Assembly (NCBI GenBank): GCA_964387205.1
Contig: CAYLVY010000003.1
Span: forward strand, 17,006-79,565
Origin: an uncultured Draconibacterium sp.
GTDB lineage: Bacteria > Bacteroidota > Bacteroidia > Bacteroidales > FEN-979
Length of the DNA: 62,560 nt
Direction of reading: 5' to 3'
The notes beneath the pieces are model-generated. The model searched no databases, was not told the DNA's origin, and worked only from the letters and a program-made list of their open reading frames with translations. The translations under genes were made by a program, and so were the position numbers. Below are positions 10,604 to 20,027 of the stretch, piece after piece. Numbering within the stretch: position 1 is the stretch's first letter; the number at the start of each line of letters is the position of its first letter.

Positions 10604-11494
10604 ATGACCGAAACAGCATCTCCAATGGTGAGCGTCCTGATGACGACATATAACCGCGAAAAGTACCTGGAACAGGCGGTCAGGAGTGTTCTGGCATCTA
10701 CATTCAAAGATTTTGAACTGATCATCGTGGATGATCAGTCAAAAGACCGGAGCCTCTCAATGGCAAGGGAACTCGCCGCCGAAGATTCCCGCATACGCGT
10801 GATCCTCAATGAGAAAAACCTCGGGGATTATCCCAACCGCAACAAAGCTGCCAGCCTCGCCCGGGGAAAATACCTGAAATACGTGGATGCCGATGACCTG
10901 ATCTATCCGACAGGCCTGCAGGTACTCGTGGATGGTATGGAAAGGTTTCCTGAGGCAGGTTACGGCTTGGGGTCGCTCCCGCAGGATAAATTCCAGATCT
11001 TTCCTTTCATGCTCTCGCCCTGCGAAGCTTACCAACGGCACTATTTTCAGGAACAATTGTTCCACAAGGCTCCGTTGTCAGCTATCATCAAAAAAGATGC
11101 TTTCGATGCAGTGGGGGGATTTTCCGGACGGAGGTATCTCGGTGATTTTGAAATGTGGCATATGCTGTCGGCACGGTTCCCGGTGGTGCTGATGCCCCAT
11201 GGCGTGGTATGGTACCGCGAACATGAGGAACAGGAGATGCAGCACAACCGCACCGATCTTACCGTTCCTTTCAAATACCTGCAATGTTCCGAAGAGATGA
11301 TCAAAAGTTCCGGATGCCCGTTGCCGGAAGAAGACCGGAACCGCGCCCTGCAGAAAATACAATGGAACATGGCCCGGTACATCCTCGGCGTCGGGAAAAA
11401 CCATTCACGCAAGATCATGCACGAACTGAGGAAACAAACCCCGTTCTCCTATCTGACCCTGGTCATCCTTGCCCGAAATAAACCCCCGTTTTAA
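10604..11494 (+). CDS. Glycosyltransferase family 2
   Basis: [14 protein letters not shown]...[10 protein letters not shown] and a VDADD motif. Confidence 0.85.
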   Translation: MTETASPMVSVLMTTYNREKYLEQAVRSVLASTFKDFELIIVDDQSKDRSLSMARELAAEDSRIRVILNEKNLGDYPNRNKAASLARGKYLKYVDADDLIYPTGLQVLVDGMERFPEAGYGLGSLPQDKFQIFPFMLSPCEAYQRHYFQEQLFHKAPLSAIIKKDAFDAVGGFSGRRYLGDFEMWHMLSARFPVVLMPHGVVWYREHEEQEMQHNRTDLTVPFKYLQCSEEMIKSSGCPLPEEDRNRALQKIQWNMARYILGVGKNHSRKIMHELRKQTPFSYLTLVILARNKPPF

Positions 11495-11504
11495 TTTTAC
11501 GGTT

Positions 11505-12284
11505 ATGAAAACCTTTGTTAACATTATCAGTCTCAAACTAATGTACTTCCGGTACCTTGGGGTCAGGTTTGCCCGCTTTCTGTACTGGAACCTGCGCCTG
11601 GCCCGGTCGGAAATGGGAAAAGGAGTCAATATCCACTTCCCGGTAATCGTGGAGGGAAGCGGAAAACTGACCATTGGTCCGGGAGTGGAGCTGATGAAAC
11701 GCTGCTCCATCGGACTGTCACCCGGCAGCCGGGTCATCCTAGGCGAAGGATCTCGGATCCATCCGGAAGCCAATATTCACGCTGGTAAAGATGCCACCAT
11801 CAGCCTGGGCAAAAAGTGCGCTATCCTCACCCGTGCCATCGTCAGGAATGGCCGAGGGGTGGAGATGGCGGACGGAAGTTCCGTTTCATCCTACTGCAAT
11901 ATTTTCCCAAGGGAACCAGGGTACGATGGACGGTTGATCATCGGGAAAGGCAGCAATATCGGGGATAACACCATCATCGACACCAGCGACGATGTAATCA
12001 TCGGAGAACAGGTGGCCCTGGGGCCATTCGATATCGTCTACACCCATGACCACGATTACCGGGCCGACAGCTTTGCCGCCTGGAAAGGCGGCGTCCATAC
12101 CGGAAAAGTGGTCGTGGAGGATGGCGCATGGGTCGGGGCGCGCGTCACGCTGCTCCCTGGTGTCACCATCGGAAAACGTGCCATCGTGGCAGCCGGTTCA
12201 GTAGTTACCAAAGACGTGGCCCCCGGCGATATCGTGGGAGGTATTCCTGCGAAGTCATTATTAAAAAAGGAGAGGCATGAGTAA
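11505..12284 (+). CDS. Hexapeptide-repeat (LbH) O-acetyltransferase
   Basis: C-terminal [41 protein letters not shown] is typical of WcaF/LacA-type transferases. The start is refined to the ATG at 11505. The ORF track begins at 11469, inside the previous gene. Confidence 0.8.
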   Translation: MKTFVNIISLKLMYFRYLGVRFARFLYWNLRLARSEMGKGVNIHFPVIVEGSGKLTIGPGVELMKRCSIGLSPGSRVILGEGSRIHPEANIHAGKDATISLGKKCAILTRAIVRNGRGVEMADGSSVSSYCNIFPREPGYDGRLIIGKGSNIGDNTIIDTSDDVIIGEQVALGPFDIVYTHDHDYRADSFAAWKGGVHTGKVVVEDGAWVGARVTLLPGVTIGKRAIVAAGSVVTKDVAPGDIVGGIPAKSLLKKERHE

Positions 12285-13263
12285 TCCCCGACCTTTGGTA
12301 TCGGTGGTAATCCCGGCCTACAAGGCGGAATCGCTCATCGCGGAAACCCTCGCCTCGGTGAGGGACCAGCAGCATGAGCCGCTGGAGGTTTTCGTGATCG
12401 ACGATGGTTCCCCTGACCAGACGGCAAAGGTTGCCCGGGGATTCGTTTCCGGTTCCATCCGGGTGATCGAACAGAAAAACAGCGGTGCCTGCGTGGCCCG
12501 GAATCTGGGACTCTCGCTCAGCAAGGGCAAATACATACAGTTTCTCGACGCCGATGATGTGCTGAGCCCCGATAAGATCGCGTCACAGGTTGATGTGCTG
12601 GAGCATAACCCGGGCTGCCTGGGCGTCTCGCCAACGGTTCATTTCATGCACGGAGAAGAGTACCTCAAAATGTCGCCGCGGGATGAATCATTCTGGATCC
12701 ACGACTCCGATGATCCGGTCGGTTTCCTCGTCAGGTTATACGGCGGCAATGGTCCGCGGTGGATGGTTCAAACCAGCGCCTGGCTTACCCCGAAATCGAT
12801 CACCGATACCATCGGCCCCTGGAATGAAAAGCTGCTTCTTGATCAGGATGGTGAGTATTTTGCACGGGCTGTCCTCGCTTCACGCGGGATCAGGACCACG
12901 GGAGGTATCAACTATTACCGGCGGTTTTTCCATGGAGGCAGCATCTCAGGCAAAGCCAACCGGAAGGAAAACCTCGAAAGCGCCCTGCTCGCCCTGAACC
13001 TGAAGGGGGGATACCTGGGACAACATACCCAATCGGAGCAGTACCGTAAGGCAATGGCTACCCTTTATATGGAGATCGCTGTCAATGCCTATCCCCGGTT
13101 TCCCGACCTGGTCAGGATCTGCGAGGAAGCTGTTGCCCGTACCGGTAAAAAGCCGGAAATTCCGGTATTGGGAGGTTCCATAATCGAAATGACCAGAAAA
13201 ATGTTCGGATGGAAAAGGGCCAAGGATTTCCGGCGGCTGATCCATACGCTGGTCAAACGTTAA
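12277..13263 (+). CDS. Glycosyltransferase family 2
   Basis: [11 protein letters not shown]...[10 protein letters not shown] and an LDADD motif. Overlaps the previous gene by 8 nt. Confidence 0.85.
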   Translation: MSNPRPLVSVVIPAYKAESLIAETLASVRDQQHEPLEVFVIDDGSPDQTAKVARGFVSGSIRVIEQKNSGACVARNLGLSLSKGKYIQFLDADDVLSPDKIASQVDVLEHNPGCLGVSPTVHFMHGEEYLKMSPRDESFWIHDSDDPVGFLVRLYGGNGPRWMVQTSAWLTPKSITDTIGPWNEKLLLDQDGEYFARAVLASRGIRTTGGINYYRRFFHGGSISGKANRKENLESALLALNLKGGYLGQHTQSEQYRKAMATLYMEIAVNAYPRFPDLVRICEEAVARTGKKPEIPVLGGSIIEMTRKMFGWKRAKDFRRLIHTLVKR

Positions 13264-13270
13264 TATTAAC

Positions 13271-14512
13271 ATGAGAAAAAAAATATGTATCCTCACCCAA
13301 AGTCATCTCTGCCGCAATCCGCGCGTGGTCAAGGAGGCACTTGCCCTCAGCCGGGCCGGACATGAGGTGGTGGTCCTGACTACATTCACCTATCCCGACC
13401 TTTTGGAACAGGATCAACGTTTACTGGATGGATCGGGGGTTACCCTGAAAGGGGTGGTGAATATGATCCCTGCACAGGCAGGCGCCGCCTACCGTTTCAG
13501 GGAGCGACTGATCCGCCGTCTGGCCGGGGAGGCTATCGCCAGGTTTTCCCGGGAAAATGTCTATGCCCTTGGATACGATTACCGGCGCAACCTGAAAGCT
13601 GCCCTGGCGGAAAAGGCCGACCTCTATACCTGCCATCAGGAGATCAGCACAGTAATCGGATGCCGGCTGATCCGAAAAGGGAAAACTGTGGCTTTTGATT
13701 TTGAAGACTGGTATTCCCACGACCTCCTACCGGCGGCCAACCGGACACGTCCGCTGAAATTGCTTGAAAAACATGAAAAGATCGCCTTGCGGGAAGGAGT
13801 ACTCTCCTACACTACTTCCTGTTCCATGGGGGAGGCATTGGGCAAATTCGCCGGCGTACCGCCACCGAAGGTTTTACTGAACGCCTTTCCTTTTTCCGAC
13901 CGCGACCAACTCGACCACCGGTTTACCGACAGGGAAGACCAGGAATTGCCCTCCATTCACTGGTATTCACAAACCATCGGCCCGGGCAGGGGGATCGAAT
14001 TCCTGACCGATTGCCTCGGGGATGTCATCACACCGGTTGAACTTCATCTTCGGGGGAACCTGTTTGGGGATTTTCGCGAGGAGATCGTCCGGAGATTTCC
14101 GGCCGGGCGTGGGCACCGGCTATACTTTCATCCGCTGGTTTCGCCGGGAGAGTTGCTTTCCCGCATTGCGGAACACGATATCGGACTTGCAACCGAAGAG
14201 TACACCCCCGACAGCCGGAACCTTACCATCACCAACAAAATTCTGCAATACCTGCAGGCAGGGATCGCGGTGGTGGCCACCGATACCTCGGGACAAAAGG
14301 AGGTGGCGCAGAAGGCCCCGGATGCTGTGTTTGTTTACCGAAACGGCGACCGGAACGGACTTGCCAATGCCCTGAACCACCTGCTGAACGACCGTGATAA
14401 ACTTCAGCAAGCCAAAGCTGCCGCATTGACGGCTGCCCGGGAAATCTTCTGTTGGGAAACACAGGAACCTTTACTGGTAAAATGGATTGATCATATTTTG
14501 AAAAAAGGATGA
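13271..14512 (+). CDS. GT-B fold glycosyltransferase (GT4-like)
   Basis: 413 aa. The C-terminal half has an E-x7-E-like region (EEYTPDSRNLTITNKILQYLQAGIAVVATD). Confidence 0.7.
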   Translation: MRKKICILTQSHLCRNPRVVKEALALSRAGHEVVVLTTFTYPDLLEQDQRLLDGSGVTLKGVVNMIPAQAGAAYRFRERLIRRLAGEAIARFSRENVYALGYDYRRNLKAALAEKADLYTCHQEISTVIGCRLIRKGKTVAFDFEDWYSHDLLPAANRTRPLKLLEKHEKIALREGVLSYTTSCSMGEALGKFAGVPPPKVLLNAFPFSDRDQLDHRFTDREDQELPSIHWYSQTIGPGRGIEFLTDCLGDVITPVELHLRGNLFGDFREEIVRRFPAGRGHRLYFHPLVSPGELLSRIAEHDIGLATEEYTPDSRNLTITNKILQYLQAGIAVVATDTSGQKEVAQKAPDAVFVYRNGDRNGLANALNHLLNDRDKLQQAKAAALTAAREIFCWETQEPLLVKWIDHILKKG

Positions 14513-15807
14513 CCATGAAACATCTCCTGATCATCTCCCCTAATTTTCCGCCTATCAATGCTGCCGATATGCACCGTGTCAGGCAGAGCCTTCCCTATTT
14601 TCCTGAAATGGGGTGGAAAGCGACCGTGGTGGCTGTGGAACCCGGATTTGTTGAGATGAGTGAAGATCCGTTGCTGCTGAAAACCCTGCCCGGTGACACG
14701 GAAATTATCCGCATCCCTGCCTGGAAACCGGAAAAGACCCGGAAGTTCGGGTTGGGAAACCTGGGCTACCGTTCCCTTTACTCCTATTGCAAAACCTGCA
14801 GCGAACTGATCCGCCGGAACCGCTATGACCTGATCTATTTCTCCACCACGGCCTTTCCCGTCATGGTGCTGGGAAGGTATTGGAAACAGCGTTTTGGTAT
14901 CCCTTTTATTATCGACATGCAGGATCCCTGGCGGAATGACTTTTATCTCGACAAACCCAGGAACGAGCGCCCACCCAAGTTCCGGATCGCCTACACGATG
15001 GATAAATACATGGAGCGTTATGCCATGCAGAAGGTGGATGGCATCGTGTCGGTTTCCGCGGGTTATCCGAAAACCCTTTCAGAACGTTATCCGCGCATCC
15101 GCCCGGAGATGTGCACCGTGATCCCTTTTGGCGGGGCTTCCGTTGACTTTGACATCCTGGATACTACAACGATCGACAATCCCCTGTTCCGTAAAAATGA
15201 AAAAAACATCAATATCGCTTACATAGGCAGGGGCGGACACGACATGGCCCTCGCCACCGGCAGTATGTTTCGGGCGGTCCGGGAGGGGCTTGACAGGGAA
15301 CCGGGGCTTTTTTCCCGGTTGCAGTTCTTTTTTGTCGGCACCAGTTACGCCGCCGATGGCATGGGACAAAAAACCATTGAGCCGGTCGCGGAAAAATGGG
15401 GCGTTGCCGGTCAGGTGACGGAGATCACCGACAGGCTCCCCTATTTTACTGCCTTACAGGTACTGAGGGATGCTGATATGCTCTTTATTCCGGGGTCGAC
15501 CGATGCCCAGTACACCGCATCCAAACTCTATCCCTATATTCTTGCCTCAAAACCACTTATCGCTGTTTTCAATGAAAACAGCAGCGTGGTGGAGATCCTG
15601 GCCAGAACCCGAGCCGGCGCCTGTGTCACATTCACCAACGAAGAGACACCGGAAATGATAGCGCCCCGCGTCAGGGAGGCCCTCGGGGAGATAGCCGGGA
15701 GGCTGCCATTCACTCCGGCTACCGACTGGCAGGAATTCGAACCCTATTCCGCCAGAGAGGCGACACGACGGCAGGTAGAATTTTTCAACAAAATTACCGG
15801 ATCATGA
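14509..15807 (+). CDS. GT-B fold glycosyltransferase (GT4-like)
   Basis: 432 aa with GT-B architecture (LFIPGSTDAQYTASKLYPYILASKPLIAV). ATGA overlap with the upstream gene. Confidence 0.65.
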   Translation: MTMKHLLIISPNFPPINAADMHRVRQSLPYFPEMGWKATVVAVEPGFVEMSEDPLLLKTLPGDTEIIRIPAWKPEKTRKFGLGNLGYRSLYSYCKTCSELIRRNRYDLIYFSTTAFPVMVLGRYWKQRFGIPFIIDMQDPWRNDFYLDKPRNERPPKFRIAYTMDKYMERYAMQKVDGIVSVSAGYPKTLSERYPRIRPEMCTVIPFGGASVDFDILDTTTIDNPLFRKNEKNINIAYIGRGGHDMALATGSMFRAVREGLDREPGLFSRLQFFFVGTSYAADGMGQKTIEPVAEKWGVAGQVTEITDRLPYFTALQVLRDADMLFIPGSTDAQYTASKLYPYILASKPLIAVFNENSSVVEILARTRAGACVTFTNEETPEMIAPRVREALGEIAGRLPFTPATDWQEFEPYSAREATRRQVEFFNKITGS

Positions 15808-16970
15808 AACGAAAACTGGCTATCATCTCCTCCCATCCGATCCAGTACAACGCGCCGATGTTCGCCCTGTTGAACACCGACAAAGAATTGGATATCAGGG
15901 TTTATTACACTTGGAGTCAGAGCCGGGAATCATTATTCGATAAGGATTTCGGGAGGGTCATCGAGTGGGATATTCCATTGCTGGAAGGTTATCCATACGA
16001 GTTCATCGAAAATGTTTCCAAAACACCCGGCCCCGGATCCTATAAAGGGATTGTGTGCCCGGAACTCAACCGGCGCATCTCCTCGTGGGGCGCGGAGGCT
16101 TTGCTGGTTTACGGATGGAATTACCATGCCCACTACAATGCCATGAAGAATTTCAAGGGGAAGATCCCGGTATTTTTCCGGGGCGACTCCACCCTGCTGG
16201 ACGAAACGGGAGGCATCAAACAGGCGGCCCGGCGTGCCGTACTCCGGTATATTTACCGCAGCGCGGATTATGCATTTTATGTCGGGGAAAACAACCGTCA
16301 GTATTATCTCACCCATGGTTTTTCTCCCGAAAGGCTCTTTTTCGCCCCGCATGCCATTGACAACGAGCGTTTCAGCGACCCTGACGGCACCAAAGCAGCG
16401 GAAGCAGCCGCATGGCGGCATCAACTGGGCATCGGAGAACATGAACCGGTCGTTTTGTTCGTTGGCAAATTTGAGCCGAAAAAAAATCCCGACATCCTCC
16501 TCAGGGCGGCCGCGATGCTTACCGGGAACAACATACATTTTATCTTCGCAGGAAACGGCCTGCTGGAAAAAGAGATGAAGGAGCAGGCAGCCGGGCACAC
16601 CGGGATCCATTTCATCCCCTTTCAAAACCAAAGCAAAATGCCTGTGGTGTACCGTCTGTGCGATATACTCGCGCTTCCGTCAGCGGGGCCCGGCGAGACA
16701 TGGGGACTGGCGGTGAATGAAGCCATGGCCTGCGGCAAAGCAATTCTGGTCAGCAACAAATGCGGTTGCGCTGTCGATCTCGTGGTCCCCGGCCAAAACG
16801 GTTATATCATGGATGCCGGTAATCTCCAACAGTGCGCGGAATATATCGGTCAGATGACCCGTTCGAAAGATAGCCTGCGTGAAATGGGGGCATTTTCAAC
16901 CTCACATATTGCTTCCTGGTCGTTCGGTGAAGTGTGCAACAGTTTCCGCGACAATATTTTAAAGCACTGA
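15804..16970 (+). CDS. Glycosyltransferase family 4 (group 1)
   Basis: LALPSAGPGETWGLAVNEAMACGKAILVS is a classic GT4 EX7E region. ATGA overlap with the upstream gene. Confidence 0.85.
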   Translation: MKRKLAIISSHPIQYNAPMFALLNTDKELDIRVYYTWSQSRESLFDKDFGRVIEWDIPLLEGYPYEFIENVSKTPGPGSYKGIVCPELNRRISSWGAEALLVYGWNYHAHYNAMKNFKGKIPVFFRGDSTLLDETGGIKQAARRAVLRYIYRSADYAFYVGENNRQYYLTHGFSPERLFFAPHAIDNERFSDPDGTKAAEAAAWRHQLGIGEHEPVVLFVGKFEPKKNPDILLRAAAMLTGNNIHFIFAGNGLLEKEMKEQAAGHTGIHFIPFQNQSKMPVVYRLCDILALPSAGPGETWGLAVNEAMACGKAILVSNKCGCAVDLVVPGQNGYIMDAGNLQQCAEYIGQMTRSKDSLREMGAFSTSHIASWSFGEVCNSFRDNILKH

Positions 16971-16979
16971 AATCATACC

Positions 16980-18389
16980 ATGTATATCTCCCATCGAAGT
17001 ATCCGTCTGGTAGCGATTGGCCTGGGAGTTTTCGCCTTTTTCGAACTCTTTACCGGCCTCTATTTCATGTCGGGAATCGGCGTAGGGCTCTTTGCCGCTA
17101 CGGCTGTGAAATTCTTCGAAGATCTTGGCAAACGGATCGAGATCCGTGATCTCATTGCTTTTATGTCGATACTTCAATGGGTGCTGGGGCCGGTACTGGC
17201 CTACAATGTACTGCCTTATGATGAACTCTATTACATGGCCGTTCCGGAAGCGCAGTATATGAACTACATCGTCCCCTTCTGTTTTATGATGATCCTGGGG
17301 CTCTATTATCCCCTGAAAAATGAGAGGATCATTGACGATGAAGATGTGGACAGGGTAAAAGTATATCTGGCCGCTCACCCCTGGCTGGGTTATATTTTTA
17401 TCGGCATCGGCCTCACGGCCGGATTTATCAGCAAGAGCCTGCCATCGAGCCTCACTTTCCTGATGTTTCTGGTCACCAACCTTCAGTATGTCGGAATTTA
17501 CATGGTATTGTTCGGTACGGCGAAATTCAAGTGGCTAATCTTCGGAGGTGTCATGGGAATGGCCACATTCGCCGCTGTTCTGCAAGGGATGTTCGGGGAA
17601 CTGGTGCAATGGTTTACACTCTCCTTCCTCGTCATTGCCATGGTGGTCAAAATCCCCATGTGGGGAAAAATCACCCTGATGGGGATCGGGATGTTCCTCA
17701 TCCTGCTGGTACAATCGACCAAAGAGGAATACCGCATGGCCACCTGGTATGCCACCAGTGATAAAACCAACGACCAGATCTACCGTGAGATCATCCAGGA
17801 AAGGTTGGCTTCTCCGGGGATGCTGCTGGAATCCAATGTCACCCAGAATATGGGGGCCCGTCTGAACCAGGGGTGGATCATTGCCCGCATCCTTAATTAC
17901 ATGCCCGAAAAGCAACCATTTGTAAGGGGCGAGACCATCAGTACCGCCCTGAGCGCCGCGCTGCTCCCCCGCATCCTTGCACCCGGCAAAATCAAAGCCG
18001 GCGGCAGGGCCAATTTTGAACGATTTACCGGTACCCCCCTGCCCGAAACTACCAGCATGGACATCTCCCTGGCCGGCGAGGGGTATGCCAATTTCGGCAC
18101 CATGGGAGGAATGGCCTTCATTTTTCTGGTCTCACTTTTTTATAACTGGGTAATAATCAATGTAATATCTCTTTCTAAAAAACATCCCACCCTGATCCTC
18201 TGGATACCATTTCTGTTTTTCCAGGTCATGAAAGCGGAGACCGATTTTGCCACTGTGATCAACTACCTGACTAAATCGGCGCTGGTCGCTTTCATGGTTT
18301 TTTACATCACCGGGGTGATCATGAACTGGAATAAAAAGCGAAAGTTTATCAGCGCCGCCCAAACCGATCCGGTCGGGAGCAACCCATGA
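16980..18389 (+). CDS. Polytopic membrane protein, Wzy-polymerase / O-antigen-ligase-like
   Basis: 469 aa with at least 10 hydrophobic helices. A large loop of about 100 aa (RLNQGW...SLAGEGYANFG) sits between the late helices, as in Wzy/WaaL-type proteins. No catalytic motif is assignable by eye. Confidence 0.55.
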   Translation: MYISHRSIRLVAIGLGVFAFFELFTGLYFMSGIGVGLFAATAVKFFEDLGKRIEIRDLIAFMSILQWVLGPVLAYNVLPYDELYYMAVPEAQYMNYIVPFCFMMILGLYYPLKNERIIDDEDVDRVKVYLAAHPWLGYIFIGIGLTAGFISKSLPSSLTFLMFLVTNLQYVGIYMVLFGTAKFKWLIFGGVMGMATFAAVLQGMFGELVQWFTLSFLVIAMVVKIPMWGKITLMGIGMFLILLVQSTKEEYRMATWYATSDKTNDQIYREIIQERLASPGMLLESNVTQNMGARLNQGWIIARILNYMPEKQPFVRGETISTALSAALLPRILAPGKIKAGGRANFERFTGTPLPETTSMDISLAGEGYANFGTMGGMAFIFLVSLFYNWVIINVISLSKKHPTLILWIPFLFFQVMKAETDFATVINYLTKSALVAFMVFYITGVIMNWNKKRKFISAAQTDPVGSNP

Positions 18390-19240
18390 CAGCGATCAGG
18401 CACGATAACCCGCACCTGATCGTCCTTCCGGCCTTCAACGAAGCGCAACAGATCGGGAAGCTGCTGGAAAAACTGATCGGCTTCCGTGACCATGTGCTGG
18501 TCGTGGATGATGGCAGTACCGATCGCACCCCGGAAATCATCCGAATGGCAGGATTCCGTTATTGCACCCATAATTCCCGGAAAGGGTTGCAGGCTGTATA
18601 TCTCACCGCGGAATCTTATGCCGCGGAACACGGGTATGCACGCATTGTGTCGATGGATGCCGACGGACAACATGATCCGGCTTTTCTGGATGGTTTTATT
18701 CATGGATACGTTAGTGATTATATGATCATCGGGAACCGCTTCCGCCATCCCGAAACGGTTCCTCCGTCCAAACTCGCTTCCAACCTCTTTGCCGTGCTGC
18801 TTTTCAGAGAGAAGCTCAACATCCGATTACCCGATGTAGCCTGCGGTTTCCGAAGCTGGCCGGCGGGAACCATCACGGCTATGACCCGCAAGGCAGATGA
18901 AGGATTCAGCGCATTTGAGATCATCTACCGGATGATCGTCAGCCACGCCATGGCGGGGAAAGGATTCGGAAATGTAGAAATTCCCGCCACCTATCTGCCC
19001 GGTCAGCCATTAACCACCCGGGCCACCGAGATCAAAGGGCTGCTCAGGAGTATCCCGGACTTTGAAAATGATGGTGACATTCCCGGAATCCTCGAATGTC
19101 TGGAACATCACCATGATTTTACCATATCTTTGCAGGGTTTTCACTTTATCGCCGGCCAGGCAGGTAATGACACCTGGCTTTTTCAGACCGATACGGAGAA
19201 GGCCATTGAATTTTTCCGCTTTGCGGGAACTGCAAAATAG
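18386..19240 (+). CDS. GT2 polyprenyl-phosphate glycosyltransferase-like (Dpm1/GtrB-like, soluble form)
   Basis: LPAFNEAQQIGKLL...VVDDGSTDRT...MDADGQHDP pattern. ATGA overlap with the upstream membrane protein. Confidence 0.7.
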   Translation: MTAIRHDNPHLIVLPAFNEAQQIGKLLEKLIGFRDHVLVVDDGSTDRTPEIIRMAGFRYCTHNSRKGLQAVYLTAESYAAEHGYARIVSMDADGQHDPAFLDGFIHGYVSDYMIIGNRFRHPETVPPSKLASNLFAVLLFREKLNIRLPDVACGFRSWPAGTITAMTRKADEGFSAFEIIYRMIVSHAMAGKGFGNVEIPATYLPGQPLTTRATEIKGLLRSIPDFENDGDIPGILECLEHHHDFTISLQGFHFIAGQAGNDTWLFQTDTEKAIEFFRFAGTAK

Positions 19241-19245
19241 AAGTC

Positions 19246-19932
19246 ATGTTTGAAAATATCGATAAACATCCTGCCGGTGAAACCATTCCATACCATGTGG
19301 GGATCATCCCCGACGGAGGACGGCGATGGGCAAAGGCACAGGGGGTTACCCTGGAGGAGGCTTACCTGCAAACCCGCCTGAGACTGCAGAAACTGACAGA
19401 GCGGTTGATTTACACTTCCGTGAAGGAGGTTTCGGTCTATCTCTCCAGTATTCAGAATTTCAGGCGCGGACCGGAAGATTTGATCCCTTATCTGAAATCG
19501 CTGGAATCATCATTCTCACAGGAGATCCCATTGATGGCCCTTCATCTTGACCTGAAAATAGTTATGGCCGGCGACCGGGACATCCTACCTTCCGGATTGA
19601 GACAATTGATCGAAAAGGTTGAAAATGAATCTGCAGGTCGTCAGAAAGCCCGGCTGAATCTTCTTATTGCCTACGACCCGTGGGAAGAACTCGCGGAAGC
19701 AATGAACCGCTGCCCGGACCCAACACGGCTCGCCGGTTATCTGCAGGTTTCCACCCCCGTGGACCTGATCATCCGGACCGGAGGGGCGCCGCTGCTCAGC
19801 AACTTTCTTCCCCTGCAATCGGGTTTTGCAAGGTTTTACTGCGTTGATAAACTTTTCAACGATTTCACCGCCGAAGATCTTCAGGACATACTCCATACCT
19901 TTTCCGGGTTGAACCGGCAGTTCGGAACGTGA
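19246..19932 (+). CDS. Divergent cis-prenyltransferase (undecaprenyl-diphosphate-synthase family paralog)
   Basis: HVGIIPDGGRRWA versus canonical HVAIIMDGNGRWA. SSIQNFRRGPEDL versus FSTENWxRPxxEV. IIRTGGAPLLSNFLPLQ versus IRTSGExRxSNFLxWQ. C-terminal NRQFG. Confidence 0.75.
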   Translation: MFENIDKHPAGETIPYHVGIIPDGGRRWAKAQGVTLEEAYLQTRLRLQKLTERLIYTSVKEVSVYLSSIQNFRRGPEDLIPYLKSLESSFSQEIPLMALHLDLKIVMAGDRDILPSGLRQLIEKVENESAGRQKARLNLLIAYDPWEELAEAMNRCPDPTRLAGYLQVSTPVDLIIRTGGAPLLSNFLPLQSGFARFYCVDKLFNDFTAEDLQDILHTFSGLNRQFGT

Positions 19933-19934
19933 GG

Positions 19935-20024
19935 CAGCCAGACCTTCCAGGTTTTGAAAACCCGGAAGGTCTTATTCCTCAGCCAGACCTTCCAGGTTTT
20001 GAAAACCTGGAAGGTCTTATTCCC
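19935..20024. repeat. Two tandem 45-bp units, each containing an 11-14 bp palindromic hairpin. Probable bidirectional terminator or REP-like element.
   Basis: The unit is CAGCCAGACCTTCCAGGTTTTGAAAACC[C/T]GGAAGGTCTTATTCC[T/C]. Copy 2 (stem 19986-19996 / 20006-20016) is a perfect palindrome; copy 1 has one stem mismatch. The repeat fills the 95-nt convergent gap between the prenyltransferase and the TonB receptor. Confidence 0.85.
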
Positions 20025-20027
20025 CGG

